Source: Bacteroidales bacterium
Lineage (GTDB): Bacteria > Bacteroidota > Bacteroidia > Bacteroidales > JAIPAH01
Assembly: GCA_021738485.1 (NCBI GenBank)
Contig: JAIPBX010000004.1
Coordinates: 1-62,914, forward strand
Length of the DNA stretch: 62,914 nucleotides
Direction of reading: 5' to 3'
Shown here: piece after piece, positions 29,091-39,023 of the stretch
Layout: the number at the start of each line of letters is the position of its first letter
Numbering within the stretch: the stretch's first letter is position 1
Position numbers and translations under genes: made by a program
Notes under the pieces: generated by a model
Database searches by the model: none
What the model saw: the letters and a program-made list of their open reading frames with translations, nothing else
Told to the model about the DNA's origin: nothing

Positions 29091-30650
29091 ATGAAAAAAA
29101 ACCACCAAACGAATCTTGTATTCTTCATCACCCTGAGCCTGGCTATAATATCCTTTTATAGTTGCACCAAAGATATACAACCTCCGGAGGCCAGTTTTCA
29201 AGCCCCTCAACAAGTGAATGTAGGTGAGCAAGTGGAATTTAATGCTGAAGAAAGCAAACCCGGAACATGCAATAATTGTGAAATTATCAGGTACTATTGG
29301 GACTGGGAGGATGACGGCAAATGGGATAAGACCTCGGATACATCATTAGTCTCCTACACTTTTAATGAAGCAAAAATCTATACTGTGGTCTTGCAGGTTC
29401 GCAACAACCAGGGAGAAGCCAGTAAGTACACCCAAAAAATTGAGGTGCAGCAGGGAGAAGGCACTAACGAACCGCCGGATGAGCCAACCTTAGTAATGCC
29501 TGAAAAAGGAGCCACCGGTGTTTCTTTAACCCCAACCTTAGAATGGTCAGGATCAGATCCCGATGGCGATCCATTGGTCTACAACATCTATCTCGGAATA
29601 AATTCATCCCCGGAAATGATAGAATCTGATTATAACGGGATTGTCTACAACATTTCGGATACTTTGGAGGAAAACACGCCCTATTACTGGAGGGTAGAGG
29701 CCAAAGATGAAATGGGAGAAGTGACCGAAAGCGAAAAATGGACATTTACAACAGAAGGCTCGGGCCCTGGCGCCAACCGCCCTCCTAACCCACCCACATC
29801 GCCCTATCCCGAATCCGGCGACGATAACCGCCCGCTAAACCAAATCCTGAAATGGGAAGCGAATGATCCAAACGGAGATGAGTTAACTTACGATATCTAT
29901 ATGGAAGCCTTAGAGCAGGCACCTGCTGAAAAACCGGACCTGCTGAAATCGGATCATCCCTCCAATTCGATAAACCCTACAAATTATAGAAATATTCAAT
30001 CCAATACAACTTATTACTGGCTGGTTATAGCCAAAGACGGCGAATACAGATCAGACAGTACGCTATGGCATTTTACAACAGGCACTAATGATACGATTTG
30101 CCCTTCTGAAATACCCTATAACGACACCACCATTCAAACTCAAAAAATCGGCACGCAATGCTGGATGGCAGAAAACCTCAACCATGGGCAGTTACTGGAA
30201 CCCCAGGAAAATTCATCAGACAACAACACCACGGAAAAATATTGCTACAATACCAATGAAAATAATTGCGAGGAGTATGGTGGACTTTATAAATGGGATG
30301 AAGTAATGGGGTATTCAAATAATGAAGAAATTACAGGAATTTGTCCCGAAGGTTGGCATATTCCTTCGGAAGAAGAATGGCATCAACTGGTTGAGCATCT
30401 CGGGGGCAGCTTTGAAGCCGGAAAAAAACTTAAAGCAGGGGGAACATCTGGTTTTGAAGGTCTCATGAATGGCAGGATGGATGAGAACAATGCTTTTAAA
30501 CATCTTGGTGATAAAGGATTTTTTTGGTCTTCCACAAGTACAGACAATGGGAAGGCGCTACAAATAAAACTTCACAACGACTACGACGGAGTTTACTTCG
30601 ACTTCAAAAGCAAAGGCAGGGCTAATGCGGTGCGGTGTATCAAAGACTAA
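29091..30650 (+). CDS. Lipoprotein with PKD, two FN3-like repeats and a Fibrobacter succinogenes major paralogous (FISUMP) domain
   Basis: Lipobox FYSC; YYWDWEDDG PKD; duplicated N.PP..P...P....L.W...DP.GD.L.Y.IY repeats; IGTQCWMAENL, YGGLYKW, CPEGWHIPS, FWSST, AVRCIKD. Confidence 0.85.
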   Translation: MKKNHQTNLVFFITLSLAIISFYSCTKDIQPPEASFQAPQQVNVGEQVEFNAEESKPGTCNNCEIIRYYWDWEDDGKWDKTSDTSLVSYTFNEAKIYTVVLQVRNNQGEASKYTQKIEVQQGEGTNEPPDEPTLVMPEKGATGVSLTPTLEWSGSDPDGDPLVYNIYLGINSSPEMIESDYNGIVYNISDTLEENTPYYWRVEAKDEMGEVTESEKWTFTTEGSGPGANRPPNPPTSPYPESGDDNRPLNQILKWEANDPNGDELTYDIYMEALEQAPAEKPDLLKSDHPSNSINPTNYRNIQSNTTYYWLVIAKDGEYRSDSTLWHFTTGTNDTICPSEIPYNDTTIQTQKIGTQCWMAENLNHGQLLEPQENSSDNNTTEKYCYNTNENNCEEYGGLYKWDEVMGYSNNEEITGICPEGWHIPSEEEWHQLVEHLGGSFEAGKKLKAGGTSGFEGLMNGRMDENNAFKHLGDKGFFWSSTSTDNGKALQIKLHNDYDGVYFDFKSKGRANAVRCIKD

Positions 30651-30671
30651 TTCAAAATTTCAATCCGGAGT

Positions 30672-32078
30672 ATGAAGATAATGGGTAACCCCTTAATTCT
30701 CGCGCTTGGTGTTTTTTTGTTATTCATTCCCAAAACGGAAGGTCAAAAGCAAAAGACCCTTCAAAAAAACCACCATTTCACTCTAAAGGTTAACAATTAT
30801 GATGATTCTGCAATCTATTGGGCAAATACTTATGGTGATAAAGCAACCATCCTGGACACAATCCACCGGAATCAAAACGGTGTTTTTAAATATAATATCC
30901 CCTATGGCACACCCACCGGTGTTTACCGGGTTATAATAAACAAACAGGAAAATAAGTCGATTGATGTAGTTTATAACCGGGAGAATATTGAATTAAAAAC
31001 CCATCACGATCAAATACTGGAACGGCTCAGCATTTCAAAATCACTGGAGACACAACTTTTTCACCGCTATCAAAGAGCCAAAAGTTACATCCGTTACAAA
31101 GAAAAACAAATAAGGAAACTACTGGAGCAATACCCCCGGAATGATCCATTTTACTCTGATCTGGAGAAAAAATACGTCCTCCTGCAAAAAGAGCATTATG
31201 ATTCTGCTAAAAATATCAGGAACGCTTATCCAAACACCTATGTGTCTAAGCTTGTGGATGTAAGCATTCTCCCCTTCGACACGTCCATTCAGACCCGAAG
31301 CCAATGGCTGCGATATAAAAAAAACCACTTTTTTGATAATGCCGGGCTGATGGATGAAAGCCTTATACGAAGCCCGGCAATTCCGAATAAAATTCTGGAT
31401 TTCCTGAGCCTATACCGCAAGCCATCATACACAAAGGAAAGACAAGAGCAGGCTTTCAAAAAAGCTGTAGACACTCTTATGAAATATACGCGCGGTAATG
31501 CGGAGATTTTTGATTTTACTGTTAACTTCCTGATCGAAGGGTTCAGAAGATTTGAATTTAACCAACTGATAGATCACATTGCCCGGAAAACAGAAGCGGC
31601 ATTAAAATGCATCAATGAGGAGCGCCGGGAGGAAATGCAAGAGAAAATCAATCGCATTCAAACAACTACGCCCGGAGCAAAGGCCCCGCCCATAAAATTG
31701 CCCAACCTGGAAAACGACACTGTAAGACTGAGCAGTGTCAGGCAGCCGTTTACTCTGGTTGTTTTTTGGGCAAGCTGGTGTCCGCATTGTATGAACATGC
31801 TTCCTGAATTGCAGCATTTTTATAAAAAACATAAGGATAGCCTGGCGGTTTACGCCGTTTCAATTGATAAAGACCGGGAAAAATGGCAGCAGGAGGCTCA
31901 AAAATATCCCTGGATACATGTATCGCAACTGGAAGGATGGCAAAGCAAGCCGGTGGAAGACTATTCCGTTTATGGCACTCCCTCTTTCTTCCTGCTGGAC
32001 AAGAAGAAAAAAATTATCAAACGTGAAGGTTCCCTGGAAGCTATTAGAACCCACTTCACTAAAAAAACGCAGGATTGA
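30672..32078 (+). CDS. TlpA-family thiol-disulfide oxidoreductase with N-terminal extension
   Basis: Signal peptide; C-terminal FWASWCPHC, AVSID, YGTPSFFLLD. Confidence 0.85.
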   Translation: MKIMGNPLILALGVFLLFIPKTEGQKQKTLQKNHHFTLKVNNYDDSAIYWANTYGDKATILDTIHRNQNGVFKYNIPYGTPTGVYRVIINKQENKSIDVVYNRENIELKTHHDQILERLSISKSLETQLFHRYQRAKSYIRYKEKQIRKLLEQYPRNDPFYSDLEKKYVLLQKEHYDSAKNIRNAYPNTYVSKLVDVSILPFDTSIQTRSQWLRYKKNHFFDNAGLMDESLIRSPAIPNKILDFLSLYRKPSYTKERQEQAFKKAVDTLMKYTRGNAEIFDFTVNFLIEGFRRFEFNQLIDHIARKTEAALKCINEERREEMQEKINRIQTTTPGAKAPPIKLPNLENDTVRLSSVRQPFTLVVFWASWCPHCMNMLPELQHFYKKHKDSLAVYAVSIDKDREKWQQEAQKYPWIHVSQLEGWQSKPVEDYSVYGTPSFFLLDKKKKIIKREGSLEAIRTHFTKKTQD

Positions 32079-32123
32079 TGTAGCTAACAATCCTGCGCAT
32101 AAGTTTCCTGGAAAGCCAAAAAG

Positions 32124-35100
32124 CTATTTCAATTTCTCTGTAAACTCTTCCTCAATTCGCTTATGAATAGCGTCGCAGCCATATTCAAACATTCTGTTTT
32201 GATTATCCTCTTCCGTTTGTACCATTCGCAAGGGACTGGGCTCGTAATCGGCTAATAATGAGAAAGCTTCATCACGTGCTTCTTTTTCATCTCTGACGCC
32301 GTTCACCCCGAAAGCATCCATCAATGCAATCGCCTGTTGCACGTTGTCCTTTTCAATAGCAGGCTTCTTCATCCGCTCAAAAGTTCGAATATGTTGCTGG
32401 GTATTGGTAAAACTACCGCCGGTTTCCAGGTGAATGGATGCAGGTAATACCAGGTCGGCTTTTTGAGCTGTTTCAGTCATAAAATAATCCTGTACTACCA
32501 TAAAATCTGTGCTGTCAAGGAGTGCCCCGGCCTTATGGCTATCAACGGCACAACCAACCGGGTCTTCCCCAAAAATGAAAAGATTCTTCACCTCCTTTTT
32601 CTCCAGCTTTTCAAGCATATCCGAACTATTAGAAGGCAATTCACTAACAGACCATTTCTCTTTCATCCTGGAGACCATATTCTCGTCATGGACAGAGACA
32701 TTTCCGACAGAAGAGGAGCTATTTACACCCATATCAAAAAGCCCGTGGGAATTGTTTTTCTCCTTGAGGCTGATTATCCCACTAGCCGTTTTGCCCAGCT
32801 TCCCGGTGATCATTGCCAGATTCCGCAGTTCAATCGCAGTATTTGCTGACACCTGCTTCTCTGAGAAGATCAATACGGTATTCTGACTTTCATTGAAAGT
32901 TCTGGCAAAATCAGCAAAATGGTCCATGCAGCAGGGTTTTCCTTTCATATACAGAGTATCAAAGTCCTGACCCAATAGATTTTGTTTATACTCTTCGAAG
33001 TCTCCCACCTTATCTCTGATAAACATTCCATTCTCCATCCCGCTGCTCAGTATGTAATGATTCAGCGCTTTGGTCAAATAATAGTATGAACCCACTTCAA
33101 ATACCCGGTCTGCTTTTTTATGCATCGGGCCCTCCTTCTTGTTGGTAACATACTCCACCTTCGCTCCTTTTTTACGGGCTTCGTTCACCATATAACCCAT
33201 CACCGGATGGTCTTTCGCCAAATCGGTTCCAAAAACCACTATTTTCTTAGCCTGATCTAATTGATCGAAAGGCACGTTATCTTTTGAAATACCGGCGTAG
33301 CCCTCTCCTCTACCCAGGTAATGGAAGCTACTGATATTGTTGGTTTTCAGGGCAGCCCTGGTGAATTTTTGCCAGAGATACATCTCCTCGTTTGTCAGGC
33401 GTGCGCCTGCAAATACCGCATTTTCGCTGCTTTCTACTTTCTTAATTTTTTGTTGTATCCTGTCAAAAGCTTCTTCAAAAGATATGGTTTTCCATCCCTC
33501 TTGAGTTTTAAGCATCGGCCTGGTGAGTCTGTCGGTTGCATTCAGGTATTTATACCCAAACTTCGCCTGCGGACTTATAAATTCCCCTGTATTCAGCGGG
33601 CCGGTAGTGCTTTCAGCACCATAGAAAAAATTGTTTCGATGACGTAATTGAATATCAAAGCCTTCGGAACCATAAATATCCGGTGTTTTTATTCTTTCGG
33701 TTTTCACCGGACCGGGTTTGAAAACCACATTTTCCGTAATCGCTCCTGTGGGGCAGGCTTCAATACACATGCCGCAACTCTCACAATTTGTCTCCTGAAG
33801 GGAATCGCCCATGGCAGGAGCCACATAAGTTTTAAATCCCCGGTTCACAAATCCCAGGGCATCCGCCCCTACCACTTCGTTACACATCCTTATGCAGCGG
33901 GCACAAAGGATGCACTTGTTATTATCTATTTCAATGTAGGGATGCCGAAAGTCTACACTATGCTCGGAATATTCTCCGTCAAAATGTTTTTGTTCCGCCC
34001 CGTATTCCATAGCATACTTTTTGAGCTCGCAATCATAATATTCTATGCAGCCGCATTCCAGGCACCGCTGGGCTTCGTGGCGGGCCACATTCTCATCCCT
34101 GTACCCAAGCTCTACCTCCTTAAAATTCAACCGCTTATCTTCCGGGAGGGTGGGCATTTCTTCCCGCTCTTGTTTGGGATAATGGCCCATAAACTCTTCT
34201 TTTTTCTGCTCTCTAAAGTTCTCTTTGCGGCTAAGGAATTCTTTTTGGGGTGGATCAATGGTTTGAGCCCCATTCAAGTACTGCTCTACGCTATGGGAAG
34301 CCACCTGGGCCTGGGCTATCGCTTCGATAATCGTTGCGGGTCCCGTCACCCCGTCACCCGCGGCAAAAACAGACGAAATACCGGTTTGCAGCGTTTTAGG
34401 ATCGGCATCGATGTCGCCCCACCGATTCAGCTCCAGCTGTCCCTTTTCCGCTCCATTGTTAATATCATCGATAAAATTCACATCTGTCTTCTGGCCAATG
34501 GCTGCCAGGATATAATCCACCTCCAGCTCGAATTCCGACCCCTCGATAGGTATGGGGCGGCGCCTTCCTGATTTATCCGGTTCTCCCAACTGCATCTTCA
34601 GCAAGGTCACTGACTTAAGCCGTCCATTTTCATCCTTATTAACTTTTTTAGGATTGGTAAGCAGCATGTATTCCACCCCTTCGAGTTTAGATTCATGGAT
34701 TTCGATAGGGTTGGCAGGCATCTGTTCTTCCGAGCGGCGATAAATCACGTATACATTGTCGGCATTGCAGCGTTTGGCCGTGCGGCAACAATCCATGGCG
34801 GTGTTTCCTCCTCCCACCACGGCCACGGTTTTACCCGTGAAATCGTGCTTCTGGCCTGTCATCTCCATATTACGAAGGAAGTCTATTCCTGAAACAACGT
34901 TCTCGGCGTCTTCTCCTTCGCAGCCAAGCAAAGTTCCTTTCTGGGATCCTATGGTCAGGATGGTAGCATCGTATGCATTTTTCAAATCCGAATAATTCAC
35001 ATTGCTGCCCAGTTTTTTATTGGTATAAAGATTCACCCCCAAATCCGTAATATTTTTTATTTCCTCATCAAGAATATCATTCGGCAGACGATATTCAGGG

Positions 35101-35816
35101 ATACCATAGCGCAACCATCCTCCTGCCAACGGAGCTGCCTCGTAGATATCGGCCTGGTGTCCTTGTATCTGTAAAAAATGCGCGGCTGAAAGACCTCCCG
35201 GTCCTCCGCCTATTACCGCTACTTTCTTGCCTGTCGAAGGCTTTACTTCAGGAACATACTTGTTTTCCGACTGTAAATCATAATCAGCCGCAAAACGTTT
35301 CAGATAATCGATTCCTACGGGAGCGCTCTCATCCAGTAAATTTCTGCGGCACTCATCTTCACAGGGTCTGACACATACGCGGCCGCAAATCGCGGGCAAT
35401 GGATTGGTGTCTTTGATTATTTTTACGGCCTCGCTGTACTGGCCTTTGTCGATGAGGGAGATGTAGGCCTGCACATCCACTCCTGCGGGGCAGGTTTGCC
35501 TGCAGGGAGCCGCACAATCGGCATAATGATCACTCAGCATTAATTCCAGGGCCATGCGCCGCGATTTCCTGATACCCTCATTGGTCGTTTCGACCTCCAT
35601 ACCTTCCGCGATTTGGGTTGAACAGGCAGGCTGGTGTCCCTTTCCGTTTTTCAAATCAACAACACAAAGGAAACAGGATGTATAAGGTTCGAGACGCGGA
35701 TCATTACACAATGTCGGGATATTGATTCCATTTCTTTCTGCAAGCTGCAAAATGGTTTCTCCTTTATATCCGATTACTCTTTTGCCGTTTAAGATGACGT
35801 TTAAACGATCTGCCAT
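32124..35816 (-). CDS. Fe-S/FAD oxidoreductase: 2Fe-2S + GltD-like NADPH module + 2x4Fe-4S + degenerate molybdopterin-fold (BfuA/NfnA-like large subunit)
   Basis: IPTLC..CFLC..ACST; CRQTCP, CGRVCVRPCE; GGGPGG, GGGNTAMD, YRRS; CILCARCIRMC, CESCGMCIEACP; RLTRPM, VVQDYFMTETAQKADLVLPA, GSFTN. Confidence 0.88.
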   Translation of the reverse strand: MADRLNVILNGKRVIGYKGETILQLAERNGINIPTLCNDPRLEPYTSCFLCVVDLKNGKGHQPACSTQIAEGMEVETTNEGIRKSRRMALELMLSDHYADCAAPCRQTCPAGVDVQAYISLIDKGQYSEAVKIIKDTNPLPAICGRVCVRPCEDECRRNLLDESAPVGIDYLKRFAADYDLQSENKYVPEVKPSTGKKVAVIGGGPGGLSAAHFLQIQGHQADIYEAAPLAGGWLRYGIPEYRLPNDILDEEIKNITDLGVNLYTNKKLGSNVNYSDLKNAYDATILTIGSQKGTLLGCEGEDAENVVSGIDFLRNMEMTGQKHDFTGKTVAVVGGGNTAMDCCRTAKRCNADNVYVIYRRSEEQMPANPIEIHESKLEGVEYMLLTNPKKVNKDENGRLKSVTLLKMQLGEPDKSGRRRPIPIEGSEFELEVDYILAAIGQKTDVNFIDDINNGAEKGQLELNRWGDIDADPKTLQTGISSVFAAGDGVTGPATIIEAIAQAQVASHSVEQYLNGAQTIDPPQKEFLSRKENFREQKKEEFMGHYPKQEREEMPTLPEDKRLNFKEVELGYRDENVARHEAQRCLECGCIEYYDCELKKYAMEYGAEQKHFDGEYSEHSVDFRHPYIEIDNNKCILCARCIRMCNEVVGADALGFVNRGFKTYVAPAMGDSLQETNCESCGMCIEACPTGAITENVVFKPGPVKTERIKTPDIYGSEGFDIQLRHRNNFFYGAESTTGPLNTGEFISPQAKFGYKYLNATDRLTRPMLKTQEGWKTISFEEAFDRIQQKIKKVESSENAVFAGARLTNEEMYLWQKFTRAALKTNNISSFHYLGRGEGYAGISKDNVPFDQLDQAKKIVVFGTDLAKDHPVMGYMVNEARKKGAKVEYVTNKKEGPMHKKADRVFEVGSYYYLTKALNHYILSSGMENGMFIRDKVGDFEEYKQNLLGQDFDTLYMKGKPCCMDHFADFARTFNESQNTVLIFSEKQVSANTAIELRNLAMITGKLGKTASGIISLKEKNNSHGLFDMGVNSSSSVGNVSVHDENMVSRMKEKWSVSELPSNSSDMLEKLEKKEVKNLFIFGEDPVGCAVDSHKAGALLDSTDFMVVQDYFMTETAQKADLVLPASIHLETGGSFTNTQQHIRTFERMKKPAIEKDNVQQAIALMDAFGVNGVRDEKEARDEAFSLLADYEPSPLRMVQTEEDNQNRMFEYGCDAIHKRIEEEFTEKLK

Positions 35817-35847
35817 GATATTCTTGGTTTATTATTTACACATTTAT

Positions 35848-37629
35848 TTAAGAAACGATAACTGCATCAAAATTGCACCTGTTAAAACAGTCGCCGCATT
35901 TACTGCAAAGCTCCTGGTCAATGACATGCACCTGTTTTTTCTCTCCGGTTATAGCACCTGTGGGACATTTTCGGGCACACACCATGCAACCCGTACATTT
36001 CTCCGGGTCTATCGTATAGGTCAGCAGCGGTTTACAAACCTTTGCCGGACATTTCCTGTCGCGAATATGGGCCTCGTATTCATCCCTGAAATACTTAATT
36101 GTTGTAAGCACAGGGTTGGGCGCGGTTTGTCCCAAACCGCAGAGAGAGTTATCTTTAATCTGTACCGAGAGGTCTTCCAGCTCTTCAATATCTCCTTCTT
36201 TGCCCTCTCCATTGGTGATGCGTTCGAGGATTTCCAGCATTCTTTTGGTTCCCATGCGGCAGAAGGTGCATTTCCCGCAGCTTTCTTCCTGGGTAAAATT
36301 GAGGAAGAATTTAGCTACATCAACCATACAGGTTGTTTCATCCATCACCACCATACCTCCGGAGCCCATAATAGCGCCGGTAGCATTCACCGAATCGTAA
36401 TCCACCAATGTATCAGCTAAATAATTGGGGATGCATCCTCCTGAAGGGCCGCCCATTTGCACGGCTTTGAATTCTTTTCCACCGATAATTCCTCCGCCCA
36501 GCTCAAAGATGATATCCTGGATACTCATACCCATAGGCACTTCCACAAGCCCTGAGTGATTGACCTTCCCCGCTAAGGCGAAAACTTTTGTGCCTTTACT
36601 TTTTTCGCTTCCATACCTTGAAAATTCGGAAGCTCCTTTGTGTATGATATAAGGCACATTAGCATAGGTTTCCACATTATTGATATTGGTAGGTTTATTC
36701 CACAACCCCAATTCTGCGGGGAAAGGAGGTCGTTTTCTGGGCATGCCGCGTTTTCCCTCGACAGATGCGATTAGGGCAGTCTCTTCTCCGCATACAAAAG
36801 CCCCGGCTCCTTCTTTAACAATAATATCAAAATCAAACCCTTGTATACCGCCGGCATTTTCTCCCAAATAGCCTCGCTCGCGGGCTTGTGTGATAGCCAG
36901 GTTTAATCTTTTGACAGCCAGGGGATATTCAGCCCGGCAATAAATTACTCCCTGCGAAGCACCTATGGCATACCCTCCGATTACCATTCCTTCCAGTACG
37001 GCATGGGGGTCGCCTTCCAGCAGGGAACGATCCATAAAAGCTCCCGGGTCGCCTTCATCGGCATTGCAGATAATATATTTTTCTTCGGAGGTATAATTGT
37101 AGGCAAAGCGCCATTTTTTTCCTGTGGGGAAACCTCCTCCTCCCCGGCCTCTTATACCGGATTCCAGTACTTCATTGATAATCTGTTCCCGGGGAGTTTT
37201 TTCTTTAGCAATTTTATGCAAAGCCGCATAGCCCTCGCCGGCAATATATTCGTCGATAGATTCGGGATCGATATGTCCGCAATGGCGGAGAGCGATCTTG
37301 ACCTGCCCTTCCAGAAACTCCTGATCTTTTCCGGTATCAAATAAATCGGATTTGACTACATAATCTTTAACGGGCTCACCGCTTCCGATATGTTTATCCA
37401 ATATATCTACGGCCCTGTCTTCATCGACATCACCGTAAAGGTAAGAGCCCGAGCTATCAATAATTTCAACTAAAGGTTCCCGATAACACATCCCCACACA
37501 GCTTGTTTGTTTGAGTTCAAAGTCCAGATTTTCGGCCCCTTTTAGCTCTTGTATCTTTTGGTAAGTTTTATTTGCACCGGCAGCAATGCCGCAACTACCT
37601 AAACCTACTATTACTTTTGTATCATTCAT
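35848..37629 (-). CDS. nuoF: NuoF/HydB-like FMN- and NADH-binding subunit
   Basis: N-terminal thioredoxin-like domain, GRGGGGFPTG, CNADEGDPGAFMDR, GAFVCGEETAL, GGPSGGC, SCGKCTFCR, C-terminal 2x[4Fe-4S]. Confidence 0.92.
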   Translation of the reverse strand: MNDTKVIVGLGSCGIAAGANKTYQKIQELKGAENLDFELKQTSCVGMCYREPLVEIIDSSGSYLYGDVDEDRAVDILDKHIGSGEPVKDYVVKSDLFDTGKDQEFLEGQVKIALRHCGHIDPESIDEYIAGEGYAALHKIAKEKTPREQIINEVLESGIRGRGGGGFPTGKKWRFAYNYTSEEKYIICNADEGDPGAFMDRSLLEGDPHAVLEGMVIGGYAIGASQGVIYCRAEYPLAVKRLNLAITQARERGYLGENAGGIQGFDFDIIVKEGAGAFVCGEETALIASVEGKRGMPRKRPPFPAELGLWNKPTNINNVETYANVPYIIHKGASEFSRYGSEKSKGTKVFALAGKVNHSGLVEVPMGMSIQDIIFELGGGIIGGKEFKAVQMGGPSGGCIPNYLADTLVDYDSVNATGAIMGSGGMVVMDETTCMVDVAKFFLNFTQEESCGKCTFCRMGTKRMLEILERITNGEGKEGDIEELEDLSVQIKDNSLCGLGQTAPNPVLTTIKYFRDEYEAHIRDRKCPAKVCKPLLTYTIDPEKCTGCMVCARKCPTGAITGEKKQVHVIDQELCSKCGDCFNRCNFDAVIVS

Positions 37630-37647
37630 AATTGATGTTTTTCCTGA

Positions 37648-38184
37648 CTATGAATTGCTTTGTTTTTCCCGGATTCTGATATTCTTGATTACCTTGACGG
37701 CTTTATTACGTGTAAGCTTTCCGTAGGTTTCTTCCCCAATCATCATGACAGGTGCCAGAGAGCAACAGCCCAGGCATGCCACTGACTCCAGGGTAAAAAT
37801 CCGGTCTTCGGTCGTCTCCCCGTCTTTTACCTTCAGCGAATCCTCCAGGGCATCGGTTATATCTTCCGCTCCCTGAACATGGCAGGCGGTACCGTGGCAA
37901 ACTTTGATAATATTTTTGCCTACCGGGCTCAACCTGAATTGGGCATAAAATGTGGCTACGCCGAACAGATGACTCTTTTCAAGGCCTGTCTCCCGCGATA
38001 TTTTTTCAAAAGCTTCCCGGGGGATATAACCCAATCGTTGCTGAGCTCCCTGTAAAAGAGGAATTACATTACCTTTTTTTTCTTTGTACTTTTCGATAAG
38101 CGGGTCAAGTACACTTAAATCAAGATCTTCCGTTGCTTGTTCAACCGCCTCTTGTTCCGGTAAGGGTATTCTTTGGATTCGCAT
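37648..38184 (-). CDS. nuoE: NuoE/HydC-like 2Fe-2S subunit
   Basis: VATFYAQF, CHGTACH, ACLGCCSLAP. Confidence 0.92.
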   Translation of the reverse strand: MRIQRIPLPEQEAVEQATEDLDLSVLDPLIEKYKEKKGNVIPLLQGAQQRLGYIPREAFEKISRETGLEKSHLFGVATFYAQFRLSPVGKNIIKVCHGTACHVQGAEDITDALEDSLKVKDGETTEDRIFTLESVACLGCCSLAPVMMIGEETYGKLTRNKAVKVIKNIRIREKQSNS

Positions 38185-38243
38185 GATCAATTAATAATTT
38201 TATCTAAAAAAAATACATCTTTTACGTTTGATAAAATTATTAA

Positions 38244-38261
38244 TTGTTGAGATGTTCACAA
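38244..38261. promoter_or_regulatory. Rex-like operator upstream of the nuoE-nuoF-oxidoreductase operon
   Basis: TTGTTGA-GATG-TTCACAA: perfect right half and two mismatches in the left half versus the Rex consensus. Confidence 0.4.
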
Positions 38262-38477
38262 TTTTTTTTCCCTGATTCACAAAAATTTGTATGCAATCTA
38301 AATAAATTATCTTTTCTAATATCCTGTATACGATAAGATTATATAAAGACTCTTGTCAAGAATAAAGCGTAGCAAAAAAATGTATGGCCTGCTGGATACC
38401 AATACCTTAAGGGTTACACGCATGTTCAATGCGTGAAACTTGCAAAAAAGTCTATCGGGCGAAAACCGACCTTATTG

Positions 38478-39011
38478 TTAGAGCGGATCGGCCCTCACCT
38501 TATATTCCATCTCCGCTTTGATAGTTACATCCTGAGCAAATGCTTCACGGGTGACAGCCTCAAACCTCAGGTCATAGGTATCTCCTTTCACGTAAGGACT
38601 TAAGTCCTTATCATTGTATGTTTCCATATCTATGCTCGTGGCCTCTTCCGGGATATCATCCTTAAAAGCAATTTCCGTTTCCTCCACTTGCTCAGTGGAG
38701 ATATAAATGTGCAGCGATTTCAAAAAACTGAAAGTAAAATCGTCCGGCGATTGGATAGTCAGCGTCATTTGATTAAGGTTTATCTCCTTCACAAGGTCTG
38801 AAGCTGTATTATTATTTTCAAATTTCTGAGATGAATTGGTGGTGACATCAGGAGTAGGAACAGTAAAAGGCACATCTGACCCATATTGATTCTCGATAGT
38901 GAAAGTAGTCTGATTATTAAAAGTAAAAGTAAGCAAGTCGTCAACCTTGTCGCAAGATACCGCATTCAAGGTCAATGCCGCAATCACTATTAATTTATAA
39001 ACTGTATTCAT
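38478..39011 (-). CDS. Hypothetical lipoprotein
   Basis: Lipobox AVSC followed by acidic DKVDD; beta-rich acidic sequence. Confidence 0.75.
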   Translation of the reverse strand: MNTVYKLIVIAALTLNAVSCDKVDDLLTFTFNNQTTFTIENQYGSDVPFTVPTPDVTTNSSQKFENNNTASDLVKEINLNQMTLTIQSPDDFTFSFLKSLHIYISTEQVEETEIAFKDDIPEEATSIDMETYNDKDLSPYVKGDTYDLRFEAVTREAFAQDVTIKAEMEYKVRADPL

Positions 39012-39023
39012 ATTCTAAAAATT

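Noticed and set aside
30088-30650. FISUMP domain as a diversity-generating retroelement target
   Set aside because: No reverse transcriptase and no second copy of the 3' end differing at adenines was seen in the window; a remote DGR cannot be excluded.
32124-38184. Respiratory complex I, [FeFe]-hydrogenase or formate dehydrogenase
   Set aside because: No membrane nuo subunits, no H-cluster motifs, and the Mo-domain cluster Cys and metal ligand are missing.
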